Shown here: positions 11,450 through 23,814 of the stretch, one piece after another
Layout of the letters: the number at the start of each line of letters is the position of its first letter
Position numbering within the stretch: position 1 is the first letter of the stretch
Assembly (NCBI RefSeq): GCF_009914755.1
Contig: NC_060942.1
Length of the DNA stretch: 64,000 bases
Reading direction: 5' to 3' (one strand)
DNA from: the human T2T-CHM13v2.0 reference genome, Homo sapiens
Translations under genes and position numbers: made by a program
The notes under the pieces: model-generated
The model's database searches: none
Seen by the model: the letters and a program-made list of their open reading frames with translations, nothing else
What the model was told of the DNA's origin: nothing

Positions 11450-11945
11450 GACCAGATGCAGTGGCTCACACCTACAATCCTAGCACTTTGGGAGACTGAG
11501 ATGGGTAGATCACTTGAGGCCAGGGGTTTGAGACCAGCCTGGCCAACATGGCAAAAACCTATCTCTACTGAAAATACAAAACATTAGCCAGGAGTTGGAG
11601 ACCAGCCTGGGCAACATAATGAGACCCCATTTCTAGAGAGCATTAGCTGGTATATGTGGGTTTCCCAAGATCGACTGTGGGACTTGAGTATGCACAGATT
11701 TTGGTATGGGGGAGAGTGTCGGGGGGGGAACAGGGAGAGGTTCTGGAACCAATCTCTTCCATATGCCCAGAGACCATTTCTAGAGACCCCATTAGCTGGG
11801 CATGGTGGCATGTGCTGGTAGTCCTAGCTACCTGGGAGGCTGAGGCATGAGAATCACTTGAACCTGGGAGGCGGAGGTTGCTGCACTGTAGCCTGGGTGA
11901 CAGAGTGAGACTCCATCTCAGAAAAAACAAACAAACAAACAAACA
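11450..11945 (+). mobile_element. Alu interrupted by a composite insertion (11589..~11790)
   Basis: Left arm 11450-11588, right arm from ~11790, (AAAC)n tail. Confidence 0.92.
11650..11774 (+). repeat. Local copy of part of the MER8 element at 17285..17761
   Basis: Near-identical to 17387-17421 joined to ~17673-17756. Confidence 0.92.
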
Positions 11946-11972
11946 AGAACTTTCTCTAATAAAAGTGAAAGT

Positions 11973-12356
<384 letters not shown>

Positions 12357-13109
12357 TCACCAGCATTTAAAAAATGTATTTATATTTTTGGTCCATGTGC
12401 ATATATTACTTATTAAAAATTATATAAATATAATAATTAGTTTCAGATTTTTTCTGTAGTCACTCAGAATGACTTTGGAAAGAAGGCTTTTCAGGCTTTT
12501 TTGAGGAAACACTCTAGATATTCAGTTTGCCTGAAACAACTCCTACTGAGAAAGGCCCCTTAGTGACTGCTCTGAGGCGTCTGGTGAAATTGAAGTTTGG
12601 AAACTGTAAATTAGTTATCAGTAAAAGCTACCTTAATTGATTATCCTAGATGGTTGCTACAGGGCTCTTCTATAAGAGGAGAAAAACTGCACTTTCGCTC
12701 GGTTGTCAGCTTCCTTGAATTCTGTAGAAGCAATTGCTCCTGCTGGAAGTAGGGAATGATCGCTAGCGAAAAAAGAGAAATTGGTTTCAGAGGAGCATTA
12801 TCTCCTTTATGCAACAAATTAAGAAAGTGTTTGTGAGATCAAGGAGCAAGAGCAAGGCCAGGCACTGGCTAGGAACTATGTTTCACAGTAAAACCTAATG
12901 TAAGTTGAAGGCATATTCTGTAGCTTCTTTAATTATGGTTATAAATCAGCATGGTTTGCTATTGACTGAAAACAGGTAGAGTCTGTTGTTAGGAGATTTT
13001 TTTTTCTCTCTGAAAAATACCATAATGTGTTATCAATGTCTTCTTCAGGGAAAATCATTGAATATTTTCATGGCATACCTTTGGTGAACTAACCCAAAAT
13101 TACAATGTA

Positions 13110-13118
13110 TATATGTGT

Positions 13119-13182
<64 letters not shown>

Positions 13183-13191
13183 ACACATATA
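13110..13191. repeat. (TA)29 microsatellite inside a perfect 82-bp palindrome
   Basis: tatatgtgtgtt-(TA)29-aacacacatata; base-by-base symmetric about 13150/13151. Confidence 0.95.
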
Positions 13192-13318
13192 ATATGAACA
13201 GTTTTTATCACCAGCACTTTATATCCTATTGTAAGTCAAGTATTCTGCTGCTCCCAAGTTTATTACAGCTGTAGAGGAAAACATCAGTTTTAAAAAAATG
13301 ATCAAATGTGCATTGCAG

Positions 13319-13417
13319 GACATTTATCTCCATAATCCAAACATAAAGTGGAATGACATTATTGGACTTGATGCAGCCAAGCAGTTAGTCAAAGAAGCTG
13401 TTGTGTATCCTATAAGG
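13319..13417 (+). CDS. KATNAL2: KATNAL2 coding exon, N-terminal entry to the AAA domain ([33 protein letters not shown])
   Basis: The W-x-D-I-x-G-L-x-x-A-K motif is typical of meiotic-clade AAA ATPases (katanin, spastin, Vps4). ttgcag| acceptor, AGG|gtaagg donor, 99 bp. Confidence 0.96.
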
Positions 13418-14014
13418 GTAAGGACGGGAAGCCTCTTGGGGGTTATTTCTGTTCACTATCCATTGGACAAGCTGTATGTCACACAACTATCAGGAAGGGA
13501 AGGGCAGGATGATTTTCTGTCCACACGTTAACTCTTTGCTTGTGTCACAGCACTTTCTCAACCCTGGAGCACCAAAGCCTGGTCCATTCTAGATCATTTA
13601 AAATCATATTACATATTAGTTCAAGACAGGTGTCTGAGCTAAGTGAAACTTTAAAATCTAAGACCATAGTATACATGATTTGTCAGATTGATTCAAATTA
13701 GCCTGCTCCCTTAAAAATATTCTTATTGTTGTAGAAATACCTCTGGTAGGGGAGAATCTCTCACTTTGTTTCCACAGATCCTTCCTTTACACCCCTGCCC
13801 CCCTGACCTACCCTCCCCAGGATCGTCTGGGGCTTTGCTTCTGGCTGGTTGTGAAGACTAGACAGCCCCTTCCAGGGCAGTGACCAGCAAAGCCAGCCTG
13901 TTGTGCTCATTACTTATTACTGACAAATCTCTGTGCAGTTTACAAACTGGGTAGAAAAATAGAAAAACAATACTCTCCATGTTTGATTTACAAATGGGTT
14001 AATGAGGAGATAAG

Positions 14015-14535
14015 TGATAACTTAGCTTTTGTTGTATAACAGACCACCCCACAACTTAGTGCCTTAAGACAACAATTTATTTGTTTGTAATTCCGTGGGT
14101 AGGCAGTTGGAGCTGGGCTCAGCTGGGCTGGCTCATCTCTTTTCCATGTGGTATTCTTGGCTGAGCTCAATCACAGGTCTGAGCCATCAGCCAGAGTAGC
14201 TGGAAAAGATGGAGAGACTGAAAAGGCTGGGACAAGCAGTACGGCCAAGGTGTCTCTCCATGTGGCCTCCATCCTCTAGCAGGAAAGTCCAGTCCTGCTC
14301 ACATGGTGGCAGTGGGTTCCCAGAAAGAGGCAAGAAAGGGAAAGTTCTAATTCACAAGCATCTTTCATGCCTCTTATATTTTTTTGCTAGTCTTATATTT
14401 TCAAGTCTTTTACATTTGCTAATGTCCCACTGGCCAAAGTCACAGGGCCAGGCCCAGATTCAAATGTTGGAGAAATAGGCTCCATTTCTTGATGAAAGGA
14501 GCTACAAATAATTTGTGACCATTTTCTGTAATCTC
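14015..14535 (-). mobile_element. Old MaLR LTR (MLT1-type)
   Basis: tgtataacagaccaccccacaacttagtgccttaagacaaca...ctgggctcagctgggc...cccactggccaaagtcac. Confidence 0.75.
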
Positions 14536-15517
14536 CTGCTGTTAGGATTATGAATTTATTTTATTGAATAACCTATTTAGTCTTAAACCACTGAGCCCAT
14601 GTGGCCCCTGATTTTTGGATGCTTTCCTCTAAGGAGACAAAAATCAATACATTTGGATTCTCTTTTCCCCCTCTTTCTTTCTGTGTTCACACTTAAGGGT
14701 AAGAAATACACTAGTGTTCAGAATTAATAGAAATTTACTCACCTTTTCCTCTAAATGGAACTATAAAACTTTTAAAAAGGATAGAACATCTCACTGAAAT
14801 TCCCTGGATTTGTTGTCCCCATGGCATTACAAGCTCCATATGTGTGGAGATTTGACATCAGGATTAGCATGAAACTAATAGCTAGTTGTAATTTTACTAA
14901 TATTCCTTGCCACACCCTCTCCCCCATTCTCTACCAACCCTTGCCACCCACATTCCCCAGATTGTTTGAATTTGAACTAATAGGAGAGACTTCCTGAAGG
15001 CTACGCATGTCCTGTTCAGCGTTGGTGTCTCTTAATGCGTTTGCCCCTGAATATTCCCAACTTCCAAAACAAGTTTCACCGTAGCTCTGTACTTTATTCG
15101 AATAAACCTTTACTAATTGGTTCTAGTATGTATTTTAAAGTTCATACCTGCTTTACAACATTCAAAAGATTGCCAAATGCTCTCCATATAGAAGTCTGGG
15201 GAAAACGATGTTATGCATGTAAGAAATAACTGTTTAACGGAGAGGAAGAAATACCTACATATACCTTTCCTTCCAAAAAAATTGGTCCTTTAAAAAGCTG
15301 CAAAAATTGTCAGGCATTCTAATCAAGCGTGAAAATAAAATTGGGATGAATAAGATCTGTTTATTTCGGTCAGAAGCAGACAACCTTAAGCAAAAAAGGG
15401 AGCCCTGAATCTTAGAGCTGTGCTGCTTTGACTTCAGCTTTCCCAGCTTGTCTGTGCTGAGAGTATGCAGGCTGATGTGTTGGTACCAAACCTCATCCTT
15501 GTTCCTTGTTTCCTTAG

Positions 15518-15581
15518 TATCCACAGCTATTTACAGGAATTCTTTCTCCCTGGAAAGGACTACTGCTGTACGGCCCTCCAG
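15518..15581 (+). CDS. KATNAL2: KATNAL2 coding exon, first half of Walker A (YPQLFTGILSPWKGLLLYGPP)
   Basis: tccttag| acceptor, CAG|gtaaac donor, 64 bp; PWKGLLLYGPPG motif. Confidence 0.96.
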
Positions 15582-15745
15582 GTAAACACAGCTTCCTATT
15601 TTGATGTCAGTGTTAAGTGTGTGTGCAGAGGATGAGTTGCCCCTTCTGTCCTCACTTCAGGACTGGGGCACACGAGAGCTGAGCAGTCACTTCCTTCCTT
15701 GTGTGTGAGACTGACTTCTGTCTATAAGCAGGGGGTTGGAGTTGA

Positions 15746-15934
<189 letters not shown>

Positions 15935-16247
15935 TAGTGTAATACAGTGGTACAAAATGATGTCAGAGCTTCTTTGCTTTTAGGTGATTTTATGTGAGAT
16001 CTCAAGATCCACTCCTGGATCTTGATTACCAGCAGCTTGGGAAATGGATTGTCTATTACGTGTGGATGTTAATTGTGCCCCCATCAGCAAAACATGATCT
16101 CCCTTCCTTTGGGAATTTGATCAACAGCTCTTTTTTTATTCATGCAATTTAGGCATGAAAGCTGGGGGAAAAAAATCTCTGACGTGGCATATTTTTTCTT
16201 CATTCAAGAAGTATTTATTATTTAACATGTACACTATATTTGGTTAA

Positions 16248-16693
<446 letters not shown>

Positions 16694-17284
16694 GATTTTT
16701 TGCTTTCTTTCAGAGGTTGTTTCCATCTTTACAATATCACATTTATAGTTGATGTTATATTTTATATTATAAAATGGTACTGAATCTTCCAATGACATTA
16801 AGAGCACTTCCATTTATGGTTTAGGTCCCAGTGTAAGACAGGTCCTTCTTTGAAATCCTGTTAAACTATCACGCTCTGTAGAATGGCAGATATGTAATCA
16901 ATATAAGTGAATATAAAATATTACGTATTTTCTGAAAAGTGATTAACAAATTATGCTTAAATTACATTCCCTTAGATGACTGTTTCAAAATATGATGGCC
17001 TATTTGGAAGTCATAATAGAGTATGTTTAAAGGATTGATTTTCCTAAAATAACCTATTATCTATTACCTTGATATCATTTTCAAGTTGTTGTAAATATGT
17101 AAGCTTATGTAAATTCTTGTTACCCATTCAAGATGGTAATTTGTGGAAATCTACATTGATATCTTCTATTTCTTTGTTCTTCATCTTGCATCTAACTCAG
17201 TGCCAGTTCCGAAGATGGGGCTTGAATTTAGCTGCACCTACAGTTATGGTTCCATGTGATTTTAGTTAGCTGGAGGTTCAGTTA

Positions 17285-17761
17285 CGGTTGGCCCTTGAAC
17301 AACAGTTGGCCCTTCAACTGCACGGGTCTACTTATATGGGGAATTTTTTTCAACAAAATACAGTATTCACAGGATGCAAAACCCGAGTATATGTGGGTTT
17401 CCCAGGATCGACTGTGGGACTCCCCAGTAGCTGAGACTATAGATGCACACCACCAAGCCCAGCTAATTTTTGTATTTTTTGTAGAAACCAGGTTTCACCA
17501 TGTTGCCCCGGCTCCTCTTGAACTCTTGGGCTCAAGCAATCCTCCCGCCTCGGGCTCCCAAAATGCTGGGATTACAGGCATAAGCCACCATGCCTAGCTT
17601 CTCCCTGCCTTTCTAAATACAAGTAGAAACATACTATGTTCCCTTTTGTACCTGGCTTTTCCCCCAACTTAATATGCACAGATTTTGGTACGGGGAAGAG
17701 TGTCAGGGGGAACAGGGAGAGGTTCTGGAACCAATCTCTTCCATATGCCTAGAGACGACTG
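17285..17761. mobile_element. MER8-like (Tigger/TcMar) non-autonomous DNA transposon split by a ~255-bp insertion
   Basis: TA-cggttggcccttgaacaac ... ctggaaccaatctcttccatatgcctagagacgactg-TA; TA duplications at both ends. Confidence 0.85.
17420..17675 (+). repeat. Local duplicate of 18862..19112 (partial Alu plus non-Alu flank)
   Basis: Near identity includes ~80 bp beyond the Alu end (ctccctgcctttctaaatacaagtag...cccccaacttaatat). Confidence 0.95.
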
Positions 17762-18254
17762 TAGCTGAAATTCATCTCACTAGAATTCTTATCACCCTGA
17801 AGTCTTTTTTTTTTAAATATCATTTCTATATGCTGAATAGCAACAAAACTCTTAAAAGATACCACCCAGAATTAGTTTAGGTTCATCTCCTGTCATGAAA
17901 AGTGGTGTTTGGAACCACGAGCACAAGACACTGCTAGGTACACGAAGGAAGGTGACATACTCTTGAGACAGGACTTACCTAGACAGAAGAGGAAACTCAG
18001 GAAGTTTATAATATTCCTAACAAAGATTGAAGTTACATGGATTTTCTGGTTTAATGTTGAATAGCCAGAAAAGTCAATTAACAAGAATTATCCATCCTGT
18101 GTGAGCATTGTATTTACTTAAAGTTTTCCTCTGGTTCAGTATTATTTTGTTAGGATTCTAAGAGTGAAGAAAAGTCCCAGTGGAGTGGGAGCAAAAAAAA
18201 TAAATTAAAAAAAAAAAAAAGAGTGAGGAAACAATTCCTCTCCCAATTTCTTCT

Positions 18255-18255
<1 letters not shown>

Positions 18256-18290
<35 letters not shown>

Positions 18291-18551
18291 GAGTCTTGCT
18301 CTGTCACCCAGGCTGGAGTGCAGTGGTGCATTCTCGGCTAACTGCAACCTCTGTCAAGTGATTCTCCTGCCTCAGCTTCCTGAGTAGCTGGGACTACAGG
18401 TGCCCCCCACCATGCCTGGCTTTTTGTATTTTTAGTAGAGACAGGGTTTCACCATATTGGCCAGGCTGGTCTCAAACTCCTGACCTTGTGATCTGCCTAC
18501 CTTGGCCTCCCAAAGGGCTGGGATTACAGGCATGAGCCACCGTGCCCAGCC
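18256..18551 (-). mobile_element. Alu (S-like) with a long T tract and internal deletions
   Basis: poly-T followed by acagagtcttgctctgtcacccaggctggag. Confidence 0.93.
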
Positions 18552-18729
18552 TCTTCCTTTCTTTTACTATATATTTTTAAAGTAACTAGCCTTTTAAAAA
18601 AAAGTATAAGAGGATACACAGACTCCTGAGCCCTCTCTGCAGAGGCAACTACTATTAACAGTTGCTGGAGCAGCCCTGCAGAACATTTATCTATTATCTA
18701 CGTTAGCATCAACAACTGTTTCTTTTGGG

Positions 18730-19033
<304 letters not shown>

Positions 19034-19039
19034 GTCTCC

Positions 19040-19640
19040 CTGCCTTTCTAAATACAAGTAGGAACATACTATGTGTTCCCTTTTGTACCTGGCTTTTCCC
19101 CCAACTTAATATATATAACTTGGATATTGTTCCACACTATTATAGATAAAGCATGTTCTTTCATATGTCTATATGGTAGTTCATTGCATAAATGTGCCAA
19201 AACGTATTTAACCAGTCTTTGCTTGATGGGCCTTTAGATTGTTTCTAGTCTCTTGCTATTATGAACAAAGCTAGAGTGGGCAGTCTTATATGTACACATT
19301 TTTGCCCATATAGTATGGGACAATTTGTACGAAGTAGAATCGCCAAGTCAGAGGGAACAGACATCACCGATTGCCAGATTACTTGCCAACAGGGTTGTAC
19401 TCGCTTACAGTCCCATCAATGGTTCATGAGTGTGTTTGCTTCTCCACACCCTGGCCAACACACCAATATATTTTTTAAAATAAACATTTGTCAATCTAAT
19501 ACCAAAAAGTAATAGTGTATTTCAGTGATTAAACATGCATTTCAATATTTCAGTGCTCGAATATGTATTTCTTTGATTCTGAATGAACTTGAGCAACTTT
19601 TGAAAGGTTTAGAAAATATTTATATCCTTTTGTGATGTGC
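19040..19640 (-). mobile_element. Old L1M fragment
   Basis: gatgggcctttagattgtttctagtctcttgctattatgaacaaagct... resembles the antisense L1 3' region; boundaries approximate. Confidence 0.65.
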
Positions 19641-21572
19641 ATTTTTATTTTGGATATTTTAAAAAATAATTCAAGAAGAAACAGATAACCTCTGCTAACC
19701 TCGAAGGAACTCGTCTCATTTCCTTTCAGAAATTACATCATTTTCTCTTTATTTTCTGAGCTTTTGGGAAGATCCTCAACTGGACAATCTTGGTCATGCT
19801 GTCAGGCTCCTTACTGTGAAGCTTTCAAAGAAAGCAAACCCTTCAGGACCTTCCCCTAAAGCAGAGAAGCTTTTTCTACCATTTGTTTCTCTTTCTATTC
19901 CAATTAAAGAGTTATTTATAGGGAACCATTGGGTTGTGTTCCTCCCTCCCCTACTAATGTCTGTGCCTCTTAGGAGCTGATCGCTACTGAATAGTTGAGT
20001 GGTCTCTTTAGCAAATGCATACATCTGTTGATGCTTACATCTTTCAATGCACCGCCCCCCAGTTGTATGATTTAACTTCCTCCAGGTTCCTCTGAAAATT
20101 TTAGACTAATGCTTCCAGAAACACTTACCCATGATTCTGTATATTCCCTATGAGTGGAAAGAGCAATGCAGAGGACAGTATGAATGCCTAGACTCCAGGC
20201 GTGGTTCTCCTTCCAACTGGGTGTTTGGTCTAGCAGAGGCTCTTGGTCTCTCTTTGCCTTTAGTGAGCACCTTAAAAACATGTACGGGTTTTATATTCTA
20301 ATATTTCATTCCTCATTGGGTAGATTGCCACTGTCGTAATCACCCTTAATATCAGGTATATTTGGGCTTCTTTGTGTATGTGTGTGACAAGGACGGAAAG
20401 TTATTTGCCCTGAATTAGGTGGTCTCCATTGTATCTGAAAGGCATTGTGATGAATGCCCCAGCATTGCCATTGTTCTCTCAGTTCATTAAACTCAGCCAG
20501 TTGTTCCTATAAAACAGGATTCTGTAAAAGGGAGATGCTGGTGCATGCGCTTGAATGTACCCACGAGCAGTGGGGAAGGTGAGGTATTTCCTGTTCAGTG
20601 ACAGGGAGACCTGTAAGGGATGAGCTGCTGCTGCTCGTGAAAACCACAACCTGACTTTTTCAGAACCCTTTCCCTCTAATTCTGTGATGGTTTGCTAGTG
20701 CTAAGTGACATGGAGAATAAATCCCCCATGCCTATTAAAGAATCTCTGTTCTTTTTTAAATCTCCACTGTTTTTTCCCATCAACCAGTGAAGGATTGTAT
20801 ATGATGCTCAAGAGATCAGTTTCAGGGTTAAAAAAATAAAGGTTTAGGTTGTTATATTCTATTAATCACCACCACATCTCCCTTTAGAGCTCTTTATTTT
20901 GTTTTTATATGTCTGTTCTTTTGCCGGTTGCTTTCCTGTTCTTGTTCAGTCTATAATATTTTATTTTATTCTCAAATAGAACATCGTATTCAATTGAGAA
21001 TTGCCTTCCGTACCTAAGCCTACCAAGCAGCCTTGTTGAGGTAGTGTGGGAAGGCTACGGAGTAATTTGGAGAACACAAAGGGGCTAAATTTGTCAGCCT
21101 TGTTACCCATGATGGGAACCCAATCCTTCCCCTGAAATCCTTTCTTCTGAGAATAACCTCCCATTGTTCCCAAAGATTAAGGGAAGAATTATCAAATGAT
21201 TATACATATTCCAAGGCTCTTGTGTCCATATGGAACATATTATTGGCAGGGTGTTTCAGGGGTTAACTGGCCAACTGCAAGCTTGGGAACCTAAATTTAT
21301 CTGAAGCTCTCATATTTATGATTAGTAACCTTGGAGTAACCACCTACTCTCTGCCTCTAATTTTATCAAGTGATAAATGGAAATAATCGGACCATCCAAC
21401 CCCATGGGGTGAAGGTAGGGAGAAATGATTGTAATGATTATAAAGTTTTTGTGAAATAACAGAGTGCAGCATAAATGCTTATTATTACAGTCATTCTAAG
21501 TTTTTACTCTGGGAGCATCTGAGGACTTTAAGTCTGTAAGCTTGAACACTTGCTTGCTTTTCCCCCACCCAG

Positions 21573-21664
21573 GTGTTATTTGAGCTTGCCCGCTACCACG
21601 CCCCATCCACGATCTTCCTGGACGAGCTGGAGTCGGTGATGAGTCAGAGAGGCACAGCTTCTGG
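21573..21664 (+). CDS. KATNAL2: KATNAL2 coding exon, Walker B ([30 protein letters not shown])
   Basis: ccacccag| acceptor, TGG|gtaaca donor, 92 bp; TIFLDE Walker B. Confidence 0.97.
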
Positions 21665-23189
21665 GTAACAGACAGGGTTGGGGTTTTTGTTGTTGTTGTT
21701 TTTTGTCATGGCTTCTCCCCTCTTGTGTGTTTGATGGTCGGAAGCCTATAGACATTTACTAGCAGAATGAGCCCATTAATAAGCCCACAAATTTTCTGCA
21801 GACACATGGAAAGGTCTTTAAATTAGATCCTGTTAACTGAATAGCTGATTTAAGTAGTTTTTATAACCGGAGGAAATGCCATTCTCCCTTCCCCCGTTCC
21901 CCACAGAGTGGTTTTCAGGCCTGAAGATCCTCTAGCCCCAGGATCCCAGGCTGCCATATCGGTTCTGCTGGCTGAAAATAGCCGCTGTGATGGCCTCCTC
22001 TGGAGCCAGAGGGGCTGCCCCTGGGGAATGAGTCTTGCCCACTCAGCCACTGTGCAGGGCCACGTCTGTACTTCACTCCTGAGAGGCAGTCCTCGACGGT
22101 GTGTGAAGCCTGGGAAAACACCACTTCTCTGTGGCATCAGGTTATGGCTCAGCAGGGCTGACTTTAAATATGTCACATATATTATCTCTAAAGATTGTCA
22201 CTGAATATCCTCAGCAGGCAGGAACACTTCTCAGACTGTAATAAGCCTTCTGTTTGTGCTTCCAAAAGCCAGAGTAGTGTTGTGCTTTTTGTTCGTTCGT
22301 TTTTAAGATCAGCTTTCTGTCTTGATCAGAGGTATTTTCCACTGAAGCTTTTTACTAAATCTGGCACCCCTGGCTTGAAAAAACAGATCTCTGAGAAATC
22401 TCAACACAGCTGCATTTATTAATGACCTTTAATGGACTATCATCAAGGCAGAAGTAATAGTAATAAAACACAATTAATTAGCTTGTTGGAAGTATAACTA
22501 TAATATAATTTATGAAATTTTACTCATTGGAAACCATTTTCCCAGCAGGGAAAAGCAACCATAAAGATGTACCCAAGTAATATATGGGATTCATGTAATT
22601 GATTGAAACAGGACATTTTCCTCAGCTTAACTGGAGCTGGTGCTTGTCAGCCCTAGGCTGGAGCACTCTGCTTTCTATACCAGGCCTGATAGAAGCAGGC
22701 AACTGCACAGGCACCTAGATGGGAATGCACCAGCCCACCCTATAGTCACTCTACAAAGACCAGGTCTCCCTATGCACTTGTTGTTACGTGTGCTTTGTCG
22801 AGCTCTGTCCCCAGTTTCCCACAACCTTCATCGAGCTAATGTGAAGACTCTTCATCTGCTATCCTTGTGTGTGCTCCAGGTTCTGCCCCGAATTTCCATT
22901 TCCCTGTCTGGGATCAAAGACTCCAAAATTAAGAGTCTTCAAAGGGTCAGGAAATAGGGATGGGTGCTCTGAAGACTTCGATAATATTATGTTAAAGGAA
23001 TTATAGTTATGGGCAAATGATAATTAAACATATAGCAAATATATGGGCAAATGCTAATTATATATTATGCTTATAATATATAATAAATAAATTATATATA
23101 TATATATACACATATATATAGAGAGAGAGACGGTCTTCTCTCTTAGGCAAAGGTAGTTGAGTATTAAGGGGCATAGATCCTAAAAAAAC

Positions 23190-23250
23190 ATATACCTAGC
23201 CAGGCAGGGGGCTTGTGCCTGAGGTCCCAGCTACTCAGGAGGCTGAGGGT
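23190..23250 (+). mobile_element. Short Alu right-arm fragment
   Basis: tagccaggcagggggcttgtgcctgaggtcccagctactcaggaggctgagg. Confidence 0.7.
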
Positions 23251-23643
23251 GTGAAAGTACTTTCCTGTGTGCTATGTAAGTGAAAGGGATTATCCTCAAT
23301 TATGTCATTTTTAAAGAGGTAAATAATGCTGCAGGTAGACACAGTTGGGCTGCATTTAATCTACCAGTGGGACTGTGGACCCTTTAGTTATTTTCTCCAG
23401 CTCACTGCCTGCCTTTGGTTTTCTTTCAAATACCATCATTATATTCATTTACTTGCTTTCTATCATACTGTATGTGAAAATAACAGCAAATTGCTCATTT
23501 TCTCTAACTCTAGTATGAACGGCTCCATTGGCCATCAGAACAGAAACTGTTCTACAGTCACAGGGACATTGCTGTGAATGCTGCTCTTGTCATGAGGGCG
23601 AAGGCTCTGACACTTAGGAGAATCACGTCTTGTCTCTCTGTAG

Positions 23644-23754
23644 GGGAGAACATGAAGGAAGCCTGCGGATGAAGACAGAGTTACTGGTGCAGATGGATGG
23701 GCTGGCACGCTCAGAAGATCTCGTATTTGTCTTAGCAGCTTCTAACCTGCCGTG
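23644..23754 (+). CDS. KATNAL2: KATNAL2 coding exon, pore loop 2 and sensor-1 ([19 protein letters not shown]...VLAASNLP)
   Basis: ctctgtag| acceptor, GTG|gtaaga donor, 111 bp, phase 2-2; ELLVQMDG and AASNLPW motifs. Confidence 0.97.
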
Positions 23755-23808
23755 GTAAGAGACCAAGAGAGTAAATTTTGAATACATTTTCAGGAGTCAC
23801 TAAGTGCA

Positions 23809-23814
23809 AATAAA
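23809..23814 (+). terminator. Candidate intronic polyadenylation signal
   Basis: AATAAA, CA at 23829-23830, and a GU-rich tgtgttgtttgg at 23844-23855. Confidence 0.45.

Noticed and set aside
23007-23130. Short imperfect duplication (tatgggcaaatg.taatta x2) and a TA/GA run
   Set aside because: Ordinary slippage in AT-rich low-complexity DNA.
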